DNA of 64,000 nucleotides from a bacterium (GTDB lineage: Bacteria; Zhuqueibacterota; Zhuqueibacteria; Residuimicrobiales; Krinioviventaceae). This document shows, one piece after another, positions 8,728 to 18,373 of the stretch (positions are counted from its first letter, which is position 1; every line of letters begins with the position of its first letter). Below the pieces are notes generated by a model, which worked only from the letters and a program-made list of their open reading frames with translations, searched no databases and was not told where the DNA came from. The stretch spans positions 32,001 to 96,000 of the forward strand of contig CAXXMD010000003.1 of assembly GCA_963675755.2 (NCBI GenBank), read 5' to 3'. The translations under genes were made by a program, and so were the position numbers.

Positions 8728-10608
8728 ATGAAAATGTATTATCTTATTTTATTGATGATTTTATGTCTATCCTGTACAAAAAATCATATTCAAAATGTAA
8801 AGCAGTATACTATTGAACAATTCCTTGATACAACCACAAATTTTGGCATTTCATTTTCCCCAGACGAAAAAAGTATATTATTCACAAGCGACCAGTCTGG
8901 TGTGTTCAATGTTTACAAAATTGACATTGCAAGTAACAATATAATACAAAAGACTAACTCTGACAGTACTGCAAATTTCATGATATCGTTTTTCCCTAAT
9001 GATAATAGAATATTATTCGACGCTGATGATGAAGGAAATGAAATTTATCATATATATCTAAAAGAAAAAGATGGTTCTGTTCGTGATTTAACACCATTTG
9101 ATAAGGCAAGATCACAATTTATAAAATGGAATTATGATAAAAAAAGTTTCTTTTTTGTTTCCAATAAACGCAATCCCAAATATATGGATTTATTTGAAAT
9201 GAATATCAAAGATTTTAAATCCAAAATTATTTTTCAGAACAATGATGGATATAATATTATAGATATTTCAAATAATAATAAACTCTTATTATTAAGTAAA
9301 ACAATTACAAGTAATAATTCAGATATGTTTCTATATCATCTTAATAATACCAATAAACTTGAACATCTTTCCAAACATAAAGGTGACATTATTTTCCAAC
9401 CAGTTACCTTTAGTGTTGATTCAAAAAATATCTTATTTTTAACAGATAATGATCACGAATTCAAATATCTGGCTCAATACAACATTCTTACAGGTGAAAA
9501 AAAAATATTACAAAAATACAATTGGGATATTAAATACGCCAAACTTTCAATAAATGGGAAATATCTTATTGTTGGAATTAATTCAGATGCCACGACAAAA
9601 ATTCGGATATTCAATTATAAAACGGGAAAAGAAGTGAATTTGCCTGAAATGCCTGATGGGTCTGTTACTTCGATTAAAGTTTCAAAAAGTGAAGAGCTTG
9701 TGGCATTTTATATCAATAATTCTACTTCACCTAACGATTTATTTGTTTATAATTTTAACACAAAAGTTTATCAAAAATTAACTGAATCGTTAAATAAAAA
9801 TATTGATGTTAATGATCTGGTCACAGCTCAAACAGTTAGATTCCCGTCATTTGATGGACTTGAAATCCCTTCATTGTTGTATATACCCAAGAATTTAAAA
9901 AAAAGAGAAAAAACAGCTGCATTGATTCAGGTACATGGTGGACCAGGGGGACAATCGCAAGTTCTTTACGATGCAACAATCCAATATCTGGTAAATCATG
10001 AATATGTAGTTCTGGCTGTTAATAATCGTGGAAGTTCAGGTTATGGTAAAACATTTAATAAAGCAGATGATCAAAAACATGGTGATCATGATTTGCGTGA
10101 TTGTGTTGAAGCAAAAAAATTTTTAATAAATACAGGCATGGTTGATCCTGAAAAAATTGGTATTATAGGAGGAAGTTATGGTGGATATATGGTTCTGGCG
10201 GGATTAGCATTCCAACCAGAAGAATTTGCTATTGGTATAGATATGTTTGGAATTTCAAATTGGGTGCGAACATTGGAAAGTATCCCTGCCTGGTGGGAGG
10301 CAGCACGCAATGCATTATATAATGAGATAGGAGATCCTGAATCACAGCGAGATATGTTAAAAGCGAAATCACCATTATTCTACGCGGCTAACATTTCAAA
10401 ACCGCTTCTTGTTCTTCAAGGTGCGAATGATCCAAGAGTGCTAAAAATTGAGTCAGATGAAATTGTACAAGCCGTTAGGAAAAACAATATTCCAGTAGAA
10501 TATATTGTATTTAATGATGAAGGACACGGTTTCCGTAAAAAAGAAAACCGTATCAAAGGGTATAGAGCTATTTTAAAGTTTGCTGATCAATATTTAAAAA
10601 ACAATTAA
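8728..10608 (+). CDS. S9 family peptidase (acylaminoacyl/dipeptidyl peptidase-like), probable lipoprotein
   Basis: Lipobox-like CLSC, beta-propeller, VHGGPGGQ, NNRGSSGYGK, nucleophile GGSYGG, Asp in ANDPRV, His in DEGHG. Confidence 0.93.
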   Translation: MKMYYLILLMILCLSCTKNHIQNVKQYTIEQFLDTTTNFGISFSPDEKSILFTSDQSGVFNVYKIDIASNNIIQKTNSDSTANFMISFFPNDNRILFDADDEGNEIYHIYLKEKDGSVRDLTPFDKARSQFIKWNYDKKSFFFVSNKRNPKYMDLFEMNIKDFKSKIIFQNNDGYNIIDISNNNKLLLLSKTITSNNSDMFLYHLNNTNKLEHLSKHKGDIIFQPVTFSVDSKNILFLTDNDHEFKYLAQYNILTGEKKILQKYNWDIKYAKLSINGKYLIVGINSDATTKIRIFNYKTGKEVNLPEMPDGSVTSIKVSKSEELVAFYINNSTSPNDLFVYNFNTKVYQKLTESLNKNIDVNDLVTAQTVRFPSFDGLEIPSLLYIPKNLKKREKTAALIQVHGGPGGQSQVLYDATIQYLVNHEYVVLAVNNRGSSGYGKTFNKADDQKHGDHDLRDCVEAKKFLINTGMVDPEKIGIIGGSYGGYMVLAGLAFQPEEFAIGIDMFGISNWVRTLESIPAWWEAARNALYNEIGDPESQRDMLKAKSPLFYAANISKPLLVLQGANDPRVLKIESDEIVQAVRKNNIPVEYIVFNDEGHGFRKKENRIKGYRAILKFADQYLKNN

Positions 10609-10636
10609 AACTTGTCCCATCTCATCATTGTCAGCT

Positions 10637-10699
10637 CGTAGGTTGGGCGATTCACCCACCAAGCAAACCAAAAATGACGGGCCAATAGCCCATCCTACG
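10637..10699. repeat. REPIN-like inverted pair of GTAG-type REPs
   Basis: cGTAGGTTGGGC...GCCCATCCTACg terminal inverted repeat with internal palindromes. Confidence 0.7.
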
Positions 10700-10724
10700 T
10701 TCTAAATTTTAGACAATTCAGTTG

Positions 10725-10898
10725 TCTAAATCAGAAATCAACTATAAACTTCGTGTTCTTCGTGAACTTTGTGGTTCAATTTTAACCACGAGCACACAAA
10801 GGTCACGAAGCTAAAAGATGACAGTCCAATGCCCGCGCTTCACAAACGGAGCCTTTTGTCTGAATTAGGATTGCTAGGATTAACAAGATGATAGGATT
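10725..10898 (+). repeat. About 175-bp composite repeat, copy 2
   Basis: Direct repeat of 7201-7376. Confidence 0.9.
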
Positions 10899-10928
10899 AT
10901 AAAAACAAGAATAAATCCCAATCCTATT

Positions 10929-11095
10929 CATCCTTTAATCCTGTGAATCATGGTTTATCACGGTAATCCTTCAATCCTGTGAATCGTGGTTTATCATGGT
11001 AATCCTTTAATCCTGTGAATCATGGTCAATCAAGGTAATCCTTTAATCCTGTTAATCTGGGTATTAATCCGGGTCGATCCTGTCAATCCGGGTCA
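10929..11095 (+). repeat. 36-bp tandem repeat (about 3.7 units) built from AATC-core 8-10-mers, decaying to the right
   Basis: Units start at 10929, 10965, 11001 and 11037; consensus aatcctttaatcctgtgaatcatggtttatcatggt; no spacers. Confidence 0.9.
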
Positions 11096-11250
11096 AAATG
11101 CGGGTTAATTTTTTTATCAGCATCAAAAAAGTTATTGCTTTTTTCCCAAATAATAACTTATTTACATTTGGAAGTAATGGGGCGGGCCAAAAGAGAACCT
11201 TTCTATTTTTTAAAAAACAATTCCTCAATTAAAAGTATTAGGAAAGTAGA

Positions 11251-14200
11251 ATGAATACGATTAAAAACGTATGTCTCTTTATTATTATGTGTGTTTCAAT
11301 AACACAAGCTCAAGACATTCAAATTCAATGGGCAAAAACATATGATTATGGATATAGTTATAAAAACATCATTGATTTTGCACATGATGATGGATTTGTT
11401 TTCTCAGCTAGTTATAATAAAATTGTAAAGATTGACAAACAAGGTATTATTCAAGAGGATTGGCCGCAGGATCCAGTTCCAAATAACCAATATACAAGAT
11501 ATATCCAAAAGTGTAATGAAGGTTATATAATTACAGGTAGTGATTACCAAGTCGAATATGAAGACAGGATCATGCTTAAGAAACTTGACAACCAGGGTCG
11601 GCAAGTATGGGTAAAGTTTCATTACAATTCTGGTCATGAAAATCATGGTAGATTTGTCAAACAAACACATGACAATGGCTACATTCTTTTTTACACTTCA
11701 TTTAGTTATGCTGACCCACCGGCAAGCGGCCCACCGGACTATTGGATAATGAAAACGGATCCAAATGGGGAAAAAGAATGGGATTATGAAATTACATGTG
11801 GTGAGGACGAAGATATTGAAGCAATACATCAAACATCAGACGGTGGTTTTATTGTAGCTTATAACAATGGTAATGGATATCTGCTCCGGCTAACTGCAGA
11901 TGGACAAAAAATCTGGCAAAAAAAACATAAAAATATATCTTATGCTTTACCAACAAAAGATGGTGGATACATTATTTGCGGTAACAATTATTCAAACGAT
12001 TATCCTTTACGTGATGCAGCATATTTAAAAAAATTAGATGAAAATGGAGATGAAATTTGGGAAAAAATCTTTAAAGGTGATACGAAATATGCCTTTTTAA
12101 AAAATATTAGTAAACTGGACAACAATAGCTATTTATTATGTGGTCAAATGCGATATTCTGATTGGAATTCATCCATTTCGTGGTTAATCAAAACGGATAG
12201 TTTAGGTAATAAAATATGGGAAAAAACATTAACAGAAATTGATGTCGTAAAACAAACTTTAAAAATCTCCAACAATGAATTTCTTTTATTCGGTGACAAG
12301 GATCATTATACAACAATAATAAAAATCAATGAAAACACCCAACAAGACCCCTCAAGCATTGTATTGTTAGACCCTGTATTTTATAAATTGGGAGTTGGCA
12401 CCCAACCGTGTCTGGATTGGACCAGCATTGCCAATGCTACATCATACCTCGTTGAAATATCTGAAAACATTGACATGTCAGCCCCTGTCATCTCAAAAAC
12501 AGTTTCAAATAGTTCAAATTGTATCATCGATAGTTTGTCATATTCTACACAATATTATTGGAGGGTCAAAGCCCAATTCCCGGATGGATCTGGTCAATGG
12601 TCAGGTATCAGCACATTTACAACAATGCCTCCACCCCACATAGCGTTTAATGATAAAGAATACAATATGTCTTATGTGGATGTTGGCGATCAATATTACA
12701 CAGACAGAGAATATACCATAACAGAACTGCCGGAGCCATTGAAAAATTGCCTGTGGATCAAAACAAAAAACAGCGACAAATATTTAACCGACGATGATTA
12801 CATTCAATTTCAGCTAAAAAGAGATGCAACTATCTATATCGCCTATGATAATCGTGCAAGCGCTGTCCCCCATTGGTTGTTATCCGGTTTTGAACAAACT
12901 GAATATACGATTCAGAGTTCTGATGATGAAAGTACCTTTAATATCTGGAAGGACCGGTTCCCGGCAGGTGATGTAACATTAGGGGCAAATTCGGCAACTG
13001 GAGCAGAGGATGTGCAAACAAATTATGTTGTATTCATAGATATACCACTGCAAATGCTTGATCCCAGAGATAACAAATCAGGGATTGGATATAATTTATA
13101 CTTTAGCTGGGAAGAAATTGGCAATTTCGGCAATTATGATTTACAAATAAGCGACAGTCAGGACATGTCATCACCCTTGCATAACATTACCAATATTAAT
13201 GAATCCAGATATTTATTAAAAGGATTGGACTTTAATAAAGACTATTACTGGAGGATCAAAGCGCACAATCGTAACGATGTGGATGCCTGGTACCAGACAC
13301 AAAAATTCCATACAATGGCTAAACCTCCGGTTTCAATTTCATTTTGGTCAAATGATTTTGCTTCATTGTCATGGCTTGAAGAAAAGGATCAATACTATAT
13401 TGACCGGAATGATATTGTTCTTTCCATCCCTGATCAGTTGAAAAATTTGCTATGGATCAAAACCGCAAATAATGATGCAGATAAGGATAACATCCGTAAT
13501 ACGGATATATATTTTGAAAATGATGCAACCCTCTATGTGGGCTTTGATAAAAGGGCCACTTCCCTGCCCAATTGGGTAACAGACGATTTTAAAAATACTG
13601 GGTTAACCATAACCGTATCTGATTCAGCAAATGAATTAAACATATGGACCAGAAATGTTGATAAAGGCCATATCGAATTGGGATCAAATATGGCAGAAGG
13701 CGCTGAAAATATTAAAAGTCATTATGTCGTTTTAATAGACCCCAACCAGGTTCCTCCGCTTTCAGCCAATTTTGGTTCAGATGTAACATCAGGAGTGCAA
13801 CCCTTGACTGTTAATTTCTCAGACCATTCTCAAGGATTTATAACATCATGGGTATGGGATTTTGGTGACGGTGCAACCTCTTCGGAACAGAATCCCTCCC
13901 ACACCTATGAAAACACGGGAAGCTACACTGTTAGCCTGACAGTCAGTGGGCCAGATACTTTTGATACTATAATAAAAGAAAATTATATTACCGTAAAAAA
14001 TGTGATTGCAAATTTCAGTGCGGATGTGACTATGGGAAAAGCACCGCTAACCGTAAGTTTTACCGACAGTTCATTGGGTGAAATCGACTCCTGGTTATGG
14101 AAATTTGGAGACGGACTCACAAGTACAGCGCAAAATCCATCGCACGTTTACACCTCTGGCGACTCGTTCACGGTAACGCTATTTGTACGTAATTCCAATG

Positions 14201-14541
14201 GATCAAATACTATGGTCAAAACGAATTATATAATAGTCGATCACCCAACATCCATTGACGATATGGCCGAAATACCCAAAAAATTCGATTTACTGCCCAA
14301 CTATCCCAATCCATTCAATCCGCAAACCACAATCCGGTTTGCGGTTCCGAAAAAGTCATTTGTGAAAATTTCTATTTATGACATTAACGGAAAGCTGGTA
14401 AGCAATTTATTCTCCGGAATCAAAAGCCCGGGAAATTATGCCATCACATGGAATGCTTCAGGCTTTCCATCAGGTATGTATTTCATCAAAATGGATACAG
14501 ATACCTACTCGTCTGTTAGAAAATGTATCTTGGTTAAATAA
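11251..14541 (+). CDS. Secreted multidomain protein: beta-propeller-like repeats, 2x(FN3-like + ~140-aa module), 2 PKD, T9SS-type C-terminal domain
   Basis: Signal peptide; K.D.NG..IWEK repeats; YYWRVKA and YYWRIKA FN3 motifs; two W.W.FGDG PKD motifs; NYPNPFNP tail. Confidence 0.85.
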   Translation: MNTIKNVCLFIIMCVSITQAQDIQIQWAKTYDYGYSYKNIIDFAHDDGFVFSASYNKIVKIDKQGIIQEDWPQDPVPNNQYTRYIQKCNEGYIITGSDYQVEYEDRIMLKKLDNQGRQVWVKFHYNSGHENHGRFVKQTHDNGYILFYTSFSYADPPASGPPDYWIMKTDPNGEKEWDYEITCGEDEDIEAIHQTSDGGFIVAYNNGNGYLLRLTADGQKIWQKKHKNISYALPTKDGGYIICGNNYSNDYPLRDAAYLKKLDENGDEIWEKIFKGDTKYAFLKNISKLDNNSYLLCGQMRYSDWNSSISWLIKTDSLGNKIWEKTLTEIDVVKQTLKISNNEFLLFGDKDHYTTIIKINENTQQDPSSIVLLDPVFYKLGVGTQPCLDWTSIANATSYLVEISENIDMSAPVISKTVSNSSNCIIDSLSYSTQYYWRVKAQFPDGSGQWSGISTFTTMPPPHIAFNDKEYNMSYVDVGDQYYTDREYTITELPEPLKNCLWIKTKNSDKYLTDDDYIQFQLKRDATIYIAYDNRASAVPHWLLSGFEQTEYTIQSSDDESTFNIWKDRFPAGDVTLGANSATGAEDVQTNYVVFIDIPLQMLDPRDNKSGIGYNLYFSWEEIGNFGNYDLQISDSQDMSSPLHNITNINESRYLLKGLDFNKDYYWRIKAHNRNDVDAWYQTQKFHTMAKPPVSISFWSNDFASLSWLEEKDQYYIDRNDIVLSIPDQLKNLLWIKTANNDADKDNIRNTDIYFENDATLYVGFDKRATSLPNWVTDDFKNTGLTITVSDSANELNIWTRNVDKGHIELGSNMAEGAENIKSHYVVLIDPNQVPPLSANFGSDVTSGVQPLTVNFSDHSQGFITSWVWDFGDGATSSEQNPSHTYENTGSYTVSLTVSGPDTFDTIIKENYITVKNVIANFSADVTMGKAPLTVSFTDSSLGEIDSWLWKFGDGLTSTAQNPSHVYTSGDSFTVTLFVRNSNGSNTMVKTNYIIVDHPTSIDDMAEIPKKFDLLPNYPNPFNPQTTIRFAVPKKSFVKISIYDINGKLVSNLFSGIKSPGNYAITWNASGFPSGMYFIKMDTDTYSSVRKCILVK

Positions 14542-14557
14542 CTATTAGGGGGAAACC

Positions 14558-17500
14558 GTGAACACAATGAAAAACATATGTCTGCTTATATTATCAATTA
14601 TTTCAATCACACTATCTCAAGACCTTCAAATTAAATGGTCAAAAACATATAACGATACACATGGAAATAATATTGATCTTGCTCATGATGGAGGATTTGT
14701 ATTAAATCTTGGTGCACAAGGAATTGTCAAGGTTAATAATCAGGGAATTATTCAGGATGATTGGCCTCAGGATCCTGCTCAATATCACTATGGTTATATA
14801 CAAAAGTGCGATGAAGGCTATATAACAATTGGAAACACTCGTCTGGAAGAAACCTCTAAATTAACGGCAATATTAAAAAAACTTGATAACCAGGGCAATC
14901 TGATTTGGGAAAAATACTATTACAAAGAAGACCGTGGTGATGTTGATGTTTGGAACTCGGGTGATTTTGTTAAACAAACACAAGACAAGGGCTATATTCT
15001 TTTTTGCACTTCAGATAATAATGCGGATCCGTCAGGTGACCGGACGAGCTTTTGGTTTATTAAAACTGATCCATATGGAGAGATAGAGTGGGAAGAAGGA
15101 GCAAGTGGTGATTATTATGGAGAAAATACAACCAAAGCTGTACATCAATTATCCGATGATGGCTATCTTTTCGTCTATAACAACGATTATGGCGGATTGA
15201 CCAGGTTATCACCAGACGGTCAGGAAATCTGGGAAAAAAGTTATGAAAAAATCATACAATACGCCTTACCAACAGATGATGATGGTTTCCTTGTTTGTGG
15301 TAACAGCTATTCAGCTTCTAACCTGGCACATTATACAGCCTATTTAACAAAGTTGGACGAAAATGGAGACAAAATTTGGGAAAAAACTTTTCAAAATGTT
15401 TCTAAAGACTCTTATTTAACAAGCATAACAAAATTAGATAATAATAACTATATGTTGTGCGGTAGAAATATTGATGCATCAGATTGGAGATTGTCAGAAG
15501 GCTGGCTGATCAAAACGGATAGTTTTGGCAATAAGATATGGGAAAAAACATTTCCTGAAATTAATAATATAAAACAAATCCTGGTTGTTTCTGAAAACGA
15601 ATATTTATTATTTGGTGACAAGGATAGTGATGTAACTTTAATCAAAATCAAAGAATATACTCAGCAAGGTTCCACAAGACTTGACTTGTTAGATCCCGTT
15701 AACAACAAATTGGGGGTTGGAACTCAACTTTGTCTGGATTGGACCAGTTTTGAAAATGCCTCATCATACCTCATTGAAATAGATGACAACAGTGACATGA
15801 TAGATCCTGTCATTTCGGAAACAGTCTCCAATAATTCAAACTATATTATTAAAGGCTTGTCATATGCTACACAGTATTACTGGAGAGTAAGAGCCAATTT
15901 ACCTGATGGTTCAAATCACTGGTCTAATACCAGTTCATTTAAAACAATGCCCCCACCCTCAATAGAACTCAACGGAACAGATGGGTATTGCAGTTCTTAT
16001 GTAGATGTTGGGGACCAATATTACACAGACAGAGAATATATCATAACAGAACTGCCGGAGCCATTGAAAAATTGCCTGTGGATCAAAACAAAAAACAGCG
16101 ACAAATATTTAACCGACGATGATTACATTCAATTTCAGCTAAAAAGAGATGCAACCATCTATATCGCCTATGACAATCGTGCAAGCGCTGTCCCCCATTG
16201 GTTGTCATCCGGATTCGAACAAACCCAATACACCATTGTAACTAGTGATGAATACTGCAATTTAAATGTCTGGAAGGGCCAATTTGCAGCAGGTGATGTA
16301 ACATTAGGGGCTAATTTGGCAACTGGTGCAGAGGGAGTGCTAACAAATTTTAGTGTGCTCATAGATATTCCCCTGCAAACGCTTGATCCCAGAAACAACA
16401 AAGCAGGAATTGGAATTGATTTAGCCTTTAGCTGGGAGCCATTGGGAAATTTTGGGAATTATGATTTGCAAATCAGCGACAATCAGGACATGTCATCGCC
16501 TTTGTATAATATTGCAGACATAATAAATCCCAGGTATTATTTAAATGAATTGGATTATGACAAAGATTATTACTGGAGAGTCAAAGCTCACAATCGTAGC
16601 GATGATAATGCATGGTCACAAAAGCAAAAATTTCATACAATGACAGAACCCCCTGTTGATATCTCACATTATTCAAATAATGTATTGTCCTGGCTTGAAG
16701 AAAACGATCAATACTATATGGACCAAAATCATGTGGTTCTTTCTATCCCTGATCCGTTAAAAAATTCACTCTGGATCAAAACTGAAAATAACAATTCACA
16801 AAACAACTATGATCATTTTATAAGCATTTCTTTAGATACTAGAGCAACAATCTATGTTGGCTTTGATTCAAGGGCCACTTCCCTGCCCAATTGGTTAACA
16901 GACGATTATGTTAATACCGGATTAACGATCAAAGTTTCTGATGAAGCAGAGGAATTAAATATTTGGTCCAGATATATTGCTACAGGCTATGTCAGCCTTG
17001 GATCAAACATGGCAGCAGGCGCTGAAAACATCAAAAGTCAGTATGTTGTTTTAATAGACTTTAAAGAGGTATCACTCATTTCAGCTAATTTCGGTTCAGA
17101 TGTAACATCAGGATTTCTGCCATTGACCGTCAATTTTGCAGACAGCTCACAAGGCCTTATCCCCATAACCTCCTGGTTATGGAATTTTGGTGACGGAGTA
17201 ACATCTACTGAGCAAAATCCCTCCCACACCTATGAAAAAACGGGAAGCTATGCCGTCAGCCTGACAGTCAGTGGAGCAGACACTTTTGATACAAAATCAA
17301 TAGGAAATTACATTACAGTATACGAAACAATACCCGTTGCAATTTTTGGTGCAGACAAAACATCAGGAGATCTGCCATTGACCGTTAATTTTTCTGACAG
17401 GTCCCATGGGCATATAGAATCCTGGTTATGGAATTTTGGTGATGGAACAACCTCAACAGATCAGAGTCCTTCCCACACCTATGAAAACGTGGGCAGCTAT

Positions 17501-18121
17501 TCCGTTAGCCTGACAGTCAGCGGTCCAGACGGTTCCGATACAATGTTAAAAGAGAATTACATTTCAGTAAAAGATCCGGCCCCAACAGCAAATTTCGGAG
17601 CAGATGTAATTTGGGGCAAAGTCCCACTCACTGTTAGTTTTGCTGACAGTTCTCAGGGAAAAATTGATTCCTGGTTATGGTATTTTGGAGACGGACTTAC
17701 AACTACGTCACAAAATCCAACGCATGTATACACAACTGCAGACACATTCACTGTGTCTTTAACAGTACGTGGCCCCGGTGGATCACATACAATGATCAGA
17801 AGCAATTATATTGTAGTAGACCATCCAACCTCCATAAACGACATGGCCGGGATACCGGAAAATTTCGCTTTATTACCCAATTATCCCAATCCATTCAATC
17901 CGCAAACCACAATCCGGTTTGCGGTACCTAAAAAGTCTTTTGTAAAAATAACCATATATGATGTAAATGGAAAACAGGTAAACAATTTATTCTCCGGAAT
18001 CAAAAGCCCGGGGAATCATGCCATCACATGGAACGCCTCAGGCTCTCCATCAGGTATGTATTTCATTAAAATGGATACAGACACTTTTTCATCTATTAGA
18101 AAATGTATGTTGGTAAAATAA
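14558..18121 (+). CDS. Tandem paralog of the previous gene, with 3 PKD domains
   Basis: GTG start after GGGG RBS; colinear with 11251-14541; three W.W.FGDG motifs; NYPNPFNP tail. Confidence 0.85.
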   Translation: MNTMKNICLLILSIISITLSQDLQIKWSKTYNDTHGNNIDLAHDGGFVLNLGAQGIVKVNNQGIIQDDWPQDPAQYHYGYIQKCDEGYITIGNTRLEETSKLTAILKKLDNQGNLIWEKYYYKEDRGDVDVWNSGDFVKQTQDKGYILFCTSDNNADPSGDRTSFWFIKTDPYGEIEWEEGASGDYYGENTTKAVHQLSDDGYLFVYNNDYGGLTRLSPDGQEIWEKSYEKIIQYALPTDDDGFLVCGNSYSASNLAHYTAYLTKLDENGDKIWEKTFQNVSKDSYLTSITKLDNNNYMLCGRNIDASDWRLSEGWLIKTDSFGNKIWEKTFPEINNIKQILVVSENEYLLFGDKDSDVTLIKIKEYTQQGSTRLDLLDPVNNKLGVGTQLCLDWTSFENASSYLIEIDDNSDMIDPVISETVSNNSNYIIKGLSYATQYYWRVRANLPDGSNHWSNTSSFKTMPPPSIELNGTDGYCSSYVDVGDQYYTDREYIITELPEPLKNCLWIKTKNSDKYLTDDDYIQFQLKRDATIYIAYDNRASAVPHWLSSGFEQTQYTIVTSDEYCNLNVWKGQFAAGDVTLGANLATGAEGVLTNFSVLIDIPLQTLDPRNNKAGIGIDLAFSWEPLGNFGNYDLQISDNQDMSSPLYNIADIINPRYYLNELDYDKDYYWRVKAHNRSDDNAWSQKQKFHTMTEPPVDISHYSNNVLSWLEENDQYYMDQNHVVLSIPDPLKNSLWIKTENNNSQNNYDHFISISLDTRATIYVGFDSRATSLPNWLTDDYVNTGLTIKVSDEAEELNIWSRYIATGYVSLGSNMAAGAENIKSQYVVLIDFKEVSLISANFGSDVTSGFLPLTVNFADSSQGLIPITSWLWNFGDGVTSTEQNPSHTYEKTGSYAVSLTVSGADTFDTKSIGNYITVYETIPVAIFGADKTSGDLPLTVNFSDRSHGHIESWLWNFGDGTTSTDQSPSHTYENVGSYSVSLTVSGPDGSDTMLKENYISVKDPAPTANFGADVIWGKVPLTVSFADSSQGKIDSWLWYFGDGLTTTSQNPTHVYTTADTFTVSLTVRGPGGSHTMIRSNYIVVDHPTSINDMAGIPENFALLPNYPNPFNPQTTIRFAVPKKSFVKITIYDVNGKQVNNLFSGIKSPGNHAITWNASGSPSGMYFIKMDTDTFSSIRKCMLVK

Positions 18122-18125
18122 ATTT

Positions 18126-18373
18126 GTTGCCCCGGGCATCTTGTCCGGGGCTATACTTTGAAATAAAATTTCCAGGATGGAAGGATTCAAAAAAATGGAT
18201 ATACTCCAATCCTATTAATCCTCAAATTCCATAAATCATAATTCAGACAAACAGATCCCAATCAAGGTAATCCATAAATCCTGTTAATCTGGGTTTAATC
18301 CTTTAAATCATGGTTTATCATGGTAATCCTATAATCCTTGAATCTGGGTCATTCCTGTTGATCTGGGTTTACC
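18126..18373. repeat. Composite repeat spacer: REP-like palindrome, inverted TTGTCTGAATT module and AATC 9-mer array
   Basis: GTTGCCCGGGCATCTTGTCCGGGGCT at 18126; ...aatcataattcagacaa near 18235-18250; aatcaaggtaatcc...aatcctgttaatctgggt...aatcatggtttatcatggtaatcct shared with 10929-11095. Confidence 0.8.

Noticed and set aside
10929-11095. 36-bp repeats as a CRISPR array
   Set aside because: The units are directly adjacent with no unique spacers, are internally repetitive, and no cas genes are present.
6173-11250. Classical integron with attC sites
   Set aside because: No tyrosine recombinase, no consistent RYYYAAC...GTTRRRY boundaries, and the spacers are long mosaics. Kept only as a cassette-like array.
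12691-16212. Near-identical tract as a DGR template/variable repeat pair
   Set aside because: The mismatches are C/T transitions in both directions rather than adenine-specific, both copies lie mid-gene, and no reverse transcriptase is in the window.
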